DNA of 64,000 bases from assembly GCA_964016885.1 (NCBI GenBank), contig OZ024745.1:63178001-63242000 (forward strand), written 5' to 3'. The notes below the pieces were generated by a model. That model was not told where the DNA came from. It saw nothing but the letters and a program-made list of their open reading frames with translations, and searched no databases. How positions within the stretch are numbered: the first letter of the stretch is position 1; each line of letters starts with the position of its first letter. The position numbers were made by a program, and so were the translations under genes. Positions 15,881 through 27,410 of this stretch are shown piece after piece. Source of the stretch: Eledone cirrhosa. Lineage: Eukaryota.

Positions 15881-15959
15881 GGTAAACTTGAATTTAAGGA
15901 GATCAAGGTTATATTCTGTAGGTAAATCGTACGTAGGTTTTAATCCACATTCATCTGGG
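15881..15959 (-). CDS. Candidate internal exon of an unidentified host gene (PDECGLKPTYDLPTEYNLDLLKFKFT)
   Basis: 79-nt segment bounded by TTTTTCAG acceptor and GTGAGT donor on the minus strand, with an open frame and non-repetitive sequence; no partner exons identified. Confidence 0.35.
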
Positions 15960-16065
15960 CTGAAAAATGCATGAGCATGTAAATAGCAAAGTAGTGTCTC
16001 TATGGGAGTTCTATGAGGGAGAGGTGCTATAAGCCATGTTTAGATGTATTTATACCTCCATGAGA

Positions 16066-16257
16066 ATAATTGTTTCTACTTTTGGCACAAGGCCAGCAAT
16101 TACCCAATGCATTACTGGTACTTTATTTTATCGACCCCGTAAGGACGAAAGGCAAAGTTAACCTCGGGGGGATTTGAACTCAGACGATAAAGGACTGTAA
16201 CTCTATGCTGCAAAGCATGGTGTCCGACTCTCTACCGATACTGTCAATCCACCGCCC
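16066..16257 (-). mobile_element. SINE S1 with TSD
   Basis: TSD CCATGAGAATAAT at 16058-16070 and 16266-16278. Confidence 0.9.
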
Positions 16258-16559
16258 TCTACCTGCCATGAGAATAATGGTAGAAAAGCCTCTGATTTGC
16301 GAAATTTCTCAAATTAAAGGACGGTTGGAATGCTGAAAGTAGCTTATCCCCATATAATTAAGGCAATCAATTCAACCTTCTATCTCATGTGGATAGTAAT
16401 TATGCAAAAGCATTTTTAACATGTTTCGCTAGATTAGTTCTGTGTAGAGAGGGGTCGTGAAATATTTTCACTGTTATTCGAGTTACTGATTATAATCAAC
16501 ACTGTTGCAGCATAAAAAAATCCATGCTTTAGCATCGACTTTGCTCAAAGAGAGAAAGG

Positions 16560-17460
16560 TTTGGCTTAGACAGGGAAGGTCATTAAACAAGAGCAAGGCT
16601 GGGCCAACTTAACCGTCCAGAAAGAGGCCATAGAAGCGGTAGACAGGAGAACAGTCGCCTTTAGATGAATTTCAGCGAAGTCTACAAAAGCGACCATGAC
16701 TTCCCACGATCAAGTCGAAGCTGCGCTGAGGTACATCAGGAATAACACTGAATACATAGCGAGGAGCAGACAACATGCCTCAATCTCGGTGCTGTTTAAG
16801 TCAGGTTCCCTCGCTGCTAAACTTTCAGTGACCTCTTGCAAAACCAGCAAGGTCATCATGTACCCTTCCTTCATGGATAAAAGAACAATTAGAGACCGCA
16901 TTGCCATGATTCCACCAAATCAAGCAAGAAGACCTAAACAAATTCCCGCAACACTTACGTCTCCAAAACGTGACGGTACTGCAAATAATGAATGAATTCA
17001 GAAGGTTAAACTATTTTGTCTGCGGAGAAATTATTCACTTGCTAGCCTTTTGACCTCAACTCAAAGGGGTCTAAAACATCTACTGCTGCCGACGCCGAGG
17101 CTAGGACCAACCACCAACGCCAGCAGCGGCAACACCACCACCAGCAACACTAGCGGAAACGACACCCCCAACTTTGGCCACCCAGCGGGAAAATGAGGAA
17201 AACTCTTCCATGTTCCCCACCCACCAAAATACAGATATTGACATAAACAAAAACACAAACACACACACACTTCATCTTCCAGTAGCGAAGACGAGGAACA
17301 ACCAAAGAAAGCAAAAAACTAAAACGCAAACACAAGAAAAAAACCGCAATCATCCCACACACACACAAACAACTGTAACCGAAGGCGCCACAACTACACT
17401 CACCACAACAAACACTTCCACAACAACACCAATACCACATTACTTGCCTATTCATATTAA
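16560..17460 (+). pseudogene. Distant Tx1-type ORF1 relic
   Basis: ORF 16696-16995 (QVEAAL..IARS..ASISVLF...SV...YPS...R....PP) aligns by eye with array ORF1 (QIQKAL..ITRG..ATVDVLF...SV...VPS...R....PP); followed by a decayed knuckle YFVCGEIIHLLAF and a Pro/Thr-rich tract. Confidence 0.7.
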
Positions 17461-19180
17461 TGAAGTAGTAATATGCACTTGGTATTACTCTCTTTTTTTA
17501 TACTTATTTTTATCAATATTCTATTTTAATAAACTCCTTGAAATGGAAGTTGGTTATTTTTACTTTATTTTCAACATTCCCCACAATTTCATTAACCTTT
17601 CTCACATCATTTAAATCTATAGCAGTGTTCACCGCATTCAGATATATTGATTTGCGCCGTTTCACTTGGTAGTTGATTTCATACGTCTCAAAATCTTCCT
17701 TTTCATCTTCGGTCACTACATGGAAAGCCTCAGTGTATATTACTTGTATGCCCTTCTATAGGCAATCAATCACCTATAATTTACACCAGTAAATGATATA
17801 TTTCTTTTATTTCTTCTATTCAGAATGTCAACACAAAAGCAAGGGAAACTAGAAAATGCTTCGTAAATTTACGGAAAGCTGTTGAGGAGAGTGTTTTATG
17901 TATAGTAATATCAAAAAGAAAACAATAGAGCTCAACGATCGAAACAACTGATTTCGAAGTTTGGAAGGTAAAGCATTCAACATGAACTAATGAATGGTAG
18001 TGGTGAAATATTATTCGCCCAAACAATACTTTCACGAATGCCTTCATGAAAACAATTTATTCACAACTGTGTGCATTTATCTTTGCTTCATTTATCACTG
18101 CTCGTATCTAAATTCATTCTCTATGAAAGGCCTCATGATGAATACTATATCCTAACAACTTGATTAGTTCTAGGTATATCTCATACACCACTATTCAAAT
18201 TAGTTGATTAGTTAATACATTCGAGTGTTGGGAAATAATTAATTTAATGAATCCATTAACAAAGTAACTCTTCAAAGAGTCTTTTAAAAAGGATGTTAAA
18301 AAAAATGAAGAATAAATATTTTTTAGATAGTCAATGCAGCGATCACTACCAAAACATACACTAAATGTCAAACAAAACATATGAAAACACACAACACGAA
18401 ATGCACGGACAAATAGACGGACATGCACACTCACACAAACACACACATATATGTAAGAGTATGTGTGTATATGTGTGTTATATTCATACGACTATATAGA
18501 TATGTAGAGTACACTGTAACAATAAAACACAAACAACCAAGACGGAATATGCTGCAGATTGAGAATATTAATTTAACACTCAAGATATTTGCAAAAAAGG
18601 TCAGTATTACAATCTTCTTCAAATGGGAGAGAGAGAGAGATGAAATGATAAAAATAGTTTATGCTTATGATTATCAGGAGAAGGGTAGACGAAAGTTGGA
18701 AGAAACCTAAGACCGTACGTGTCAGAAGTAAAATAATATTGTTACTTTCAAATAATTCTCAGATTTAGTGCGCAGTGGTCTAGGGCCATATTTCCGAAAT
18801 AAGAAAAAAAAGGGAAACAAGGGAATCCTGTCAGATTGAAATGTGGTTGTGTTCCACTAAATGCTAGTCGTCTGTGACGTAACCAGTCTGGTAAAAAAGG
18901 TAAAACAAATATAGAATAAAATATATCAAGTTACAACAGGGAAAAGTGAGTATTGTTGTTCCGGAACGAACAAGTATTTAAACAAAGCTAGTGTGTATAT
19001 ATATGTATATATATTTTGAGTATATGTTGGTTGTTTACCGACACCTCAGTATGCAGGTTGGATATGATTCCAGTTCTTCATAATAATGACAACACAACCA
19101 GGAGCTGGAAATATCGATGTGTTGACGGAGTAAAACACATTTCAACAACATGTGTAACTGCCTTTCCCACACCAATTCGG

Positions 19181-19234
19181 ACTGCCTGAAGAGGTCACAG
19201 CCAATGATGTCTGTCACCGAAATTATATAGCAGT
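19181..19234 (+). ncRNA. Type I hammerhead ribozyme motif
   Basis: ACTGC-CTGAAGA-GGTcACAG[loop]CTGTcACC-GAAA-TTATA-TA-GCAGT: canonical core, 5-bp stem I, minimal stem III; predicted cleavage after 19229. Confidence 0.82.
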
Positions 19235-19357
19235 ATATCTATAATTTATAATAAACGAAGCCACAATTTACATATTTGACTTAATTATTTTATATATATA
19301 TATATATAAATGAAATAACAGGAGGCTGGACTGGTGTAAATCCTTGAAAGGTTTATT

Positions 19358-19415
19358 ATACTATGATCATTTCAATGACCGAGTTCCATATGAATCCGGT
19401 GATATCATCAGGTAT
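19358..19415 (-). ncRNA. Hammerhead-like motif, partly degenerate
   Basis: ATAC-CTGATGA-tatcaccg...cggtcatt-GAAA-TGATCA-TA-GTAT; palindromic stem III; the G10.1-C11.1 pair is missing. Confidence 0.6.
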
Positions 19416-19520
19416 TGGAATATAACAAAGGAATATGTAAAATGTTGAGTACTCTTCACAATATTACACCAGGATTGACCATACGGAATGACCAGTTCTA
19501 TCCAGTGCTGAACCAACAAA

Positions 19521-19574
<54 letters not shown>

Positions 19575-19578
19575 AATG

Positions 19579-19631
<53 letters not shown>

Positions 19632-19633
<2 letters not shown>

Positions 19634-20277
19634 CGTTTCTGAATTTGTTTAGCAAGATTCTTTATCTGAAATCGTGTGTTGAAACCGATATTGTTATACT
19701 TTGGGAGGGTCATGTTGCCAATAAGAAACACACGCACCAAGGGTAAATTAGAGAACATAGAAATAAAAATAGAATCTACACACAGAAAAGACGCAATGTT
19801 TAGACAAATCACAGAGGCAATAAACATAAAAGAATTACAACCAAAATTAAATAGAAAATAGGAGTGGAACAGCAACATCACAACTTACAATTAAGGACAA
19901 AATGAAAACACACACACACATAGAACAAACAACCAACCGGTAACATGTAAATAAACAAATAAATAAACAAATATAAAACACACACAGACACCCGGATGTG
20001 GCGCATGCGCCGACTGAGCACACAACACACACACAGAAACAAAATAGCGTAGGACAGAACAAAGGAGAGACACAAAAACAAAGAAAAGAATCCCCAGTCA
20101 CTGAAGAGGTCACATAATGTGTGACGAAAGAACTTTGACAATATATAAACAACTATCTGGTTGTGGAACCAACCAACCAACCAGAAATTTATAAATTCCT
20201 AAATTTATTATAATAAATTGAAGTGAAAACAGCTGGTGCGTGTGTTTCTTTTTGGCAACATGACCCTCCCAAAGTAT

Positions 20278-20285
<8 letters not shown>
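19632..20285 (+). mobile_element. Penelope-like element remnant (GIY-YIG C-terminus, hammerhead, inverted terminal segment with tail)
   Basis: 19740-19870 encodes RQITEAINIKELQPKLNRK*EWN, resembling the PLE GIY-YIG end; 19688-19739 is inverted at 20234-20285; (TA)n on both sides. Confidence 0.75.
20097..20139 (+). ncRNA. Type I hammerhead motif with one extra nucleotide after A9
   Basis: GTCA-CTGAAGA-g-GTCACA taatg TGTGAC-GAAA-GAAC-TT-TGAC. Confidence 0.7.
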
Positions 20286-20344
<59 letters not shown>

Positions 20345-20352
20345 TATATATA

Positions 20353-20974
20353 TTTAGTTTTGCGAGGTTTTTTATATGAAATCGTGTGTCGAAACAAATA
20401 TTGTTATACTTGGGGAGGATCATATTTGTGTAATATTGCCAGAATTAATAACAGAACACACTCGCTGTTTGGTTGGTTTTCGCTTTTCGCTTCTGTGTCT
20501 TTTATATCGGTAATCTAATTTATTCGGTCCTCAATTTTGCCATTGACTGACCAACGGTCAAACATACAGATACAATATGGGCACAAACACATATATATAG
20601 TTTATCAAAGTTCTTTCGTTGCACATCTGCAACATCGTCAGTGGTGCTATTGTTTCCTCCCGTTGCATTGTATTTTAGACTAAATAAAGATGGCGTAGAA
20701 AATACAATGCAACGGGAGGAAACAATAGCACCACTGACGATGTTGCAGATGTGCAACGAAAGAACTTTGATGAACTATATATATATATGTTTGTGTCTAT
20801 ATTGTATCTGTATTTTTTACCGTTGGTCAGTCAATGGCAACATTGAGGACCGAATAAATTAGATTACCGATATAAAAGACACAGAAGCGAAAAGCGAAAA
20901 CCAACAGTGAGTGTGTTCTGTTATTAATTCTGGCAATATTACACAAATATGATCCTCCCCAAGTATAACAATAT
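20353..20974. mobile_element. Penelope-like foldback element with ~280-bp inverted arms, one hammerhead motif per arm
   Basis: 20398-20676 is inverted at 20699-20974. The motif CTGACGA-t-GTTGCA gatg TGCAAC-GAAA-GAAC-TT lies at 20729-20772 (+) and 20604-20645 (-). Terminus and tail are shared with the 19632-20285 element. Confidence 0.8.
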
Positions 20975-21290
20975 ATATATATAAGGAAAGCGCTTAAGCA
21001 CAGAAATGCTATAAAGATAGCTTATGAAATACCAAAGACCCTTAACAGACAGGAAAAGATGATCCGAAATTGAAACACGTCTTCCAGATACTGGCTAGAA
21101 GCGTTAACCATTAAGTTAAGGAGCCATGACAATTCCCTTCCCTACATGTTAACTAGATGAACTGCACAAAAGCCTTTAGATGTGAGCAGACAGCAGACAG
21201 ACATCCGAACTTTCAGTTCTTGAAGAGCTGAGAATATGTGTATATATATATATATAAAGAAAAAAAGATGAAATCGAAAATGCAACTGGA

Positions 21291-21815
21291 GTTCCTTTGT
21301 CAGTGTTGAACAAATGAACAACGATGGTTGCTAGACACAGTACGGCTTAATTCGGAATGTTTGTTTACAAACAAACCGAGCATTATAATAAATGTTCGGT
21401 GAATCAATACGTATATATATGTGGACATGTATGTATATATATACATACTACTGTACGTCTGTATACATAAATGTATGTACGTATACATACTTATATTTAA
21501 GTAACAGGCGTACTAAGAGTGAGAAATGAAATTTCGTTTCATTTTTTCCGTTTATCGTTTTCGGTACCCCGGCCGATTAACTCACTCGATATGCAAATTA
21601 GGCTGCTCAGCCGTTAATATGCATAAGGAAAGTATATACTTTCAGATGTTCAACCATTTGGCAGGAAGGTATACGTTGCTGACGATAGCTAATAAGCTTG
21701 AAACTAATACAGCGTTCCTTTGTCAGTGTTGAACAAATGAGCAACGATGGTTTCTAGACACTGTACGGCTTAATTCGGGATGTTTGTTTACAAACACACC
21801 GAACATTATAATAAA
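21291..21815 (+). repeat. ~425-bp tandem unit (about 1.2 copies) with a hammerhead-like motif at the unit junction
   Basis: TTCCTTTGTCAGTGTTGAACAAATG recurs at ~21292 and ~21715; motif at 21674-21714; the same family occurs at 25088-25815. Confidence 0.75.
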
Positions 21816-22619
21816 TTTAAGTCATTACACCTGATGGGATGACAGAGTTCTTTGAGATACTGGCTGGAGTGCTCCAGGGACATACATTGGCTTCCTACCT
21901 TTTTATCATCGTAGTGGACTATTGTATGCGCCTTGCACTGGAGAAACACCAGGATTCTGGCTTTACTGTAGCACCGGCTCAGAGCAGTAGAGTTAGGGCG
22001 AAAAAGGTATCGGATGCTGAATTTGCCGACGACATAGTTTTGGTGACAAATACAGTGAAGGAGGCAGAGGATTTGATGCGGGAGGTTGAGACTGTGTCGA
22101 TGAGTGTGGGGCTGAGAATGAATGAGACTAAAACAAAATATCTGGTAGAGAATGTTGAGAAGCCAGAGGGGATCACTAATGTAGGCGGGAAGCCGCTGGA
22201 ATTGGTTGAGGACTTCCTGTATTTGGGAGCAAAGATTGGGAATACGGAAGATTATGTGGTTGAGAGGAAAAGCAAGGCCTGGGCGGCGTGCCACAGCTTG
22301 AGATCGGTGTGGAAGTCGGACCTTCGTAGAGACCTGAAAGTCCGCCTCTTCATTGCTGTAGTGGAGTCTGTGCTGCTGTATGGGTCTGAGACTTGGACAC
22401 TGACCAAGAAACTCACTCAGATGGTGGATGGGTGCTACACGAGAATGCTGAGGATGGCTCTGAACATTAATCAGTATACACTGATGATGAAAAACTCAGA
22501 GCTGTATGGGAACATCCCAAAAGTGAGCTCAAAAGTGACACAGAGAAGACTGAAATTAGCTGGACATGCTCACCGACATCCAGAGTTGACATTGCACTCA
22601 GTGCTTCTTTGGGAGCCCC

Positions 22620-22621
<2 letters not shown>
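21816..22621 (+). pseudogene. RTE-type LINE reverse transcriptase fragment
   Basis: ORF 21839-: GVLQG..LA..LF, FADD, FLYLG, LLYGSETW, LAGH..RH...LLWEP; truncated at both ends, with the 3' side running into (TA)n(GA)n. Confidence 0.9.
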
Positions 22622-22715
<94 letters not shown>

Positions 22716-23023
22716 CATATATGTACACACACATACATACATATATGTACTCACACATAGTTATAAAAAAATAGTAAAAATAAATAAATAAACATATACA
22801 CACTCGACCATGCGCATATACTAAAATAAGCAGTCACATCATCTGGTAAAGATGAATCCATATGCATGAAATCAAAATAATAAATAAATAAAAGTAAAAA
22901 ATAAAGTCAAATATAAAAATGAAAAAATAAAAAATTAGCAAGTTGACAGCGATACGAAAGAGGGAAAAAACAAATAAAAATAAATATATAACTATATAAA
23001 TAAATAAAAAAATAAATAAATAA

Positions 23024-23075
<52 letters not shown>

Positions 23076-23143
23076 CATAAATCATGTCCTTAGAATTATT
23101 AGATAAAATATTTGTATATGTAAACCTTTATATATATATAGTA

Positions 23144-23211
23144 ATAATTGTTTCTACGTTAGGCACAAGGCCAGCAATTAACCAGTGCATTACTGGTACT
23201 TTATTTTATCG
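23144..23211 (-). mobile_element. 5'-truncated SINE S1 fragment
   Basis: 3' 68 bp of S1, flanked by duplicated (TA)nGTAATAAT. Confidence 0.8.
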
Positions 23212-23221
23212 TAATATATAT

Positions 23222-24592
23222 ATAGTAATAATAATAAATTTTAAGACTAAAATCCAAAGAGGGATCGATAAGGATAAATATATATCAAATATATAAGAAC
23301 CGTAGAGCAAATATTTATTAAAATAACAGATTAAAGTTTAAGCAAAGAATCGTTGCTTTCACCCTTAACAGGATCTTCTGGAACTAACAAAGGCAATCTG
23401 TAAATGCAGAAGTGGATATTTCAAAAAACGTTGCAACCGGAGGAAGACAGGAAGACGATACTTTGGTTCGTGGAAACGTTCCCTGGCAAAGAACGGGAAA
23501 AAAACGAATATAATTGTTTCTACTTTAGGCACAAGGCCAGCAATTACCCAGTCCATTACTGGTACTATATTTTATCGCCACGTAAGGATGAAAGGTAAAG
23601 TCAACCTCGGCGGGATTTGAACTCAGATCGTAAAGGGACGTAACTATGCTGGAAAGCACGGCGTCCGACCCTCTACCGAATATAATACGTCATTAATAGG
23701 AGCGGTGAAAAACAATTACACGCAAAAACAGGACCACGTTTATGGTATAAAAGAAGTCGTAGACTAGTGTTCTCTTAGGTGGTTCGTAGAGACGTTCTCT
23801 GGCATTGAGCGAAAAAAACGAAGATAATACGTCATATGTGGAGCGTGGAGAACAATTGCACACAAAGACAAAACCACGTAAATGGTATAGCTGAAGTCGT
23901 AGACTAAAATTCTAACTAGGAAACCATGATTCTCCGCTTCAGAGTTAAGAATAAAGTAAATAAAATACAAAACAGAGGTAATTGAAATGAAAGAAATACA
24001 TACACGCGTCCAAATACGTACATACACAAGCATACGCGAAAACACTCGCCATAGGTATACAAAACCACGCACATATAAATATGTTTCATTTCAATTACCT
24101 CTGTTTTGTATTTTATTTACTTTATTCTTAACTCTGAAGCGGAGAATCATGGTTTCCTAGTTAGAATTTTAGTCTACGACTTCAGCTATACCATTTACGT
24201 GGTTTTGTCTTTGCGTGCAATTCTTCTCCACGCTCCACATATGACGTATTATCTTCGTTTTTTCCGCTCATTGCCAGAGAACGTCTCTACGAACCACCTA
24301 AGAGAACATTAGTCTACGACTTCTTTTATACCATAAACGTGGTCCTGTTTTTGCGTGTAATTGTTTTTCACCGCTCCTATTAATGACGTATTATATTCGT
24401 TTTTTCCCGTTCTTTGCCAAGGAACGTTTCCACGAACCAAAGTATCGTCTTCCTGTCTTCCTCCGGTTGCAACGTTTTTTGAAATATCCACTTCTGCGTT
24501 TACAGATTGACTTTGTTAGTTTCAGAAGATCTCGTTAAGGGTGAAAGTAGCGATTTTTTGCTTAAACTTTAATCTGTTATTTTAATAAATAT
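23222..24592. mobile_element. Large foldback element (~510-bp inverted arms, ~90-bp spacer, ~90-bp tail) in (TA)n
   Basis: 23311-23992, excluding the SINE, is inverted at 24084-24592; each arm holds two ~140-bp internal repeats. Shorter relatives at 37041-37106 and 39806-40020. Confidence 0.85.
23510..23679 (-). mobile_element. SINE S1 inserted in the left arm of the foldback element
   Basis: TSD CGAATATAAT at 23505-23514 and 23677-23686; absent from the right arm. Confidence 0.92.
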
Positions 24593-24608
24593 ATATATAT
24601 ATATATAA

Positions 24609-24686
<78 letters not shown>

Positions 24687-25087
24687 TTATTTATTTATTT
24701 ATTTATTTACAGAGTTATTAACTCATATTGAGACCCTACAATTAACAAGCTCAAAGTATAAATACTGACGATTATATAATAATATATGTAGAAATAAACA
24801 CAGTAAATTCCGTGTCTAAAATTACGAGGGTAGAGAATGACACAAATGTTATTATATTTAACCTGAAACATACAGTAGGGTATACAATTATATAGAGACC
24901 GTATCAATAACCATTTCATCTCTCGGACAGATTAGAAATTTAATCTGTTTCGCCCTGAAAATTGTGTTTGTAACAGATAATCCGTAGATTTTCCTCAACG
25001 ATAGATAAGATCAAATGAAACAAAACACATCTAACAACAACTCACAGGAGTAAATAATACACCTCGTGAGTTGCACGCTATACTCGC

Positions 25088-25623
25088 TCAGTGTTGAACA
25101 AAATGGCAACGATGGTTGCCGACCACTGTACGGCTAATAATTCCGGCTATTTGTTTACAAATAAACCGAGCATTATAGTAAATGTTCGGTAAACCCATAC
25201 GTACATATATATATGTGTACATGTGTGTATGTATATACATACTACTGTACGCCTGTATAAATATATGTATGTACGTATACATACTTATATTTAAGTATCA
25301 GCCGTACTAAGATTGAGAAATGAAATTTCATTTTTTCAATTTATCGTTTTCGGTACGCCCGGCCGACCGACTCACTCCATATGCAAGTTAGGCTGCTCAG
25401 CCGTTAATATGCATAAGGAAAGTTTATAGTTTCAAACGATCAATCAACTGACGGGAAGGTATACGGTGCTGATGACAGCTAATAAGCTAGAAAGTAGTTT
25501 ATCGTTCCTTTGTCAGTGTTGAACAAAATGGCAACGATGGTTGCCGAACACTGTACGGCTTAATTCGAGCTGTTTGTTTACAAACAAACCGAGCATTATA
25601 ATAAATGTTCGGTAAACCCATAC

Positions 25624-25692
<69 letters not shown>

Positions 25693-25815
25693 CATGTATG
25701 TATGTATATACATATTACTGTACGTCTGTATATATATATGTATGTACGTATACATACTTATATTTGTGTGAGAATATAAGTGTGCTAAGTGTGAGAAATG
25801 AAATTTCCTTTTTTT
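25088..25815 (+). repeat. Second locus of the ~425-bp tandem unit (about 1.7 copies) with hammerhead-like motif
   Basis: Homologous to 21291-21815; motif CGGTG-CTGATGA-cAGCTaataAGCTa-GAAA-GTAG-TT-TATCG at 25464-25504. Confidence 0.75.
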
Positions 25816-27315
25816 CATGTATATATATATAAATATATATATAAAGAAAGCGATAAAGTGCAGAAATGCGTTTTTTAAGGGTTGCTACCCCATTTTGCAA
25901 GCTATATTTATAGCGTGTTTGCGCTTGAGCACTTACTTTATACTTATATTTATAGATACATACTCAATGCTTCAAAAGCCGAGAATTCGGCATCGTACAT
26001 TGTTTGTTTACATCCGCATGTCTGTCTGTCAGTCTGTAATAGATAGGACCTCTTCAAACAACTATTGTGTAATTATTTGTTCAACGTGTGTTATGTTCTG
26101 GCCGGGTTTTGGTATACTTCTGAAATATAATTGTGTGTGAGAGAGAAAGATAGAAAGTGAGTGAGAGATAGAGAGAGACAGAGAGAGAAAGAGAGAAAGA
26201 GAGAGAGAGAATCCATGTGTGTCTGTGTGTGTTTGTATCTGTGTCTGTGAGTATTATATATAAGGTTGATGGTACAAGACCACATATTAAATTATTCAGC
26301 TCAAGACTTATGTAAGTTGTTTACACATTGTATATGACTTCTTATACGAGGTCATTCTAAATCTCTGTTTGTGATATTGTTGCGTAATTCCTTCAAGAAT
26401 GCATGCCATTCAAATAAATATCTCCATAATTTTTTTATTTGCAAAAATCTTTGTTATTTATCACCTTATTTACCACAGTACAGTAAATATCACTGATGGT
26501 TTATTAATATATTCTGAATTTCTGTAGTACAAGATGTTCTCACACAGATAGGTAGGTATCTATGACATGATTACAGCTGACATACCCTAGCCGAGATTTG
26601 TCTATATTTATTAAACATAAAAAAATTGTATTCCAGAGATGCATCTATAGCGAATCATAGCGATGCATCTATAGCGAACCATACAAACAAGCATATTTCT
26701 TGCCGAATAAATGGCATTTTGAATTGTTTGTACGTTCTAAAAATAGAAAGGAAAATATCTATTATATCCTTTTGCTTTTGATCCTTTAGTAACATTTAAA
26801 TATGGAGCGAATTGTAACACATGCTCGAAAGGCTTCATAGTAAATGTCAATATTTAAAAGATACGTAATTTCTTGCATCAAATTAGTTAGGAAACATAAT
26901 CTTTATAACATTCAAGATTTCTTCGTTTTATATTACTAACAGCGAAGCCCTTGATAGACGTATGCTTATGTAAATACAGAAAAATATCTCGGATTAAATC
27001 TTGAATATTTATATTTCTATATTGGAGTAAAAACATCATTCCTTCTAAATAGCTGTTAAATGTGTATGAATAAGGCCTTTGTGCTTAGAAAATATTAGCT
27101 TAAACAAATCTGAGAATTCCTACATTGTCACGAAGCTTTATTTGTGCTATCGCGTGCATTTTACCGAATCAACTCATCTACATGTCTGCTAAGGATTTTA
27201 AACAAATAGAGAATGCAAACAAAATCTTTTGAATGTCAATGCCAGACAGAAAGACTTCCCTTAATAATTGAAATTACTGTTCTTTATACATCAATACCAC
27301 ATTATGTAATTGGGA

Positions 27316-27410
<95 letters not shown>

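Noticed and set aside
23464-23910. CRISPR-like or prokaryotic repeat array
   Set aside because: Only two diverged ~140-bp units with no spacers, in a eukaryotic context with no cas genes.
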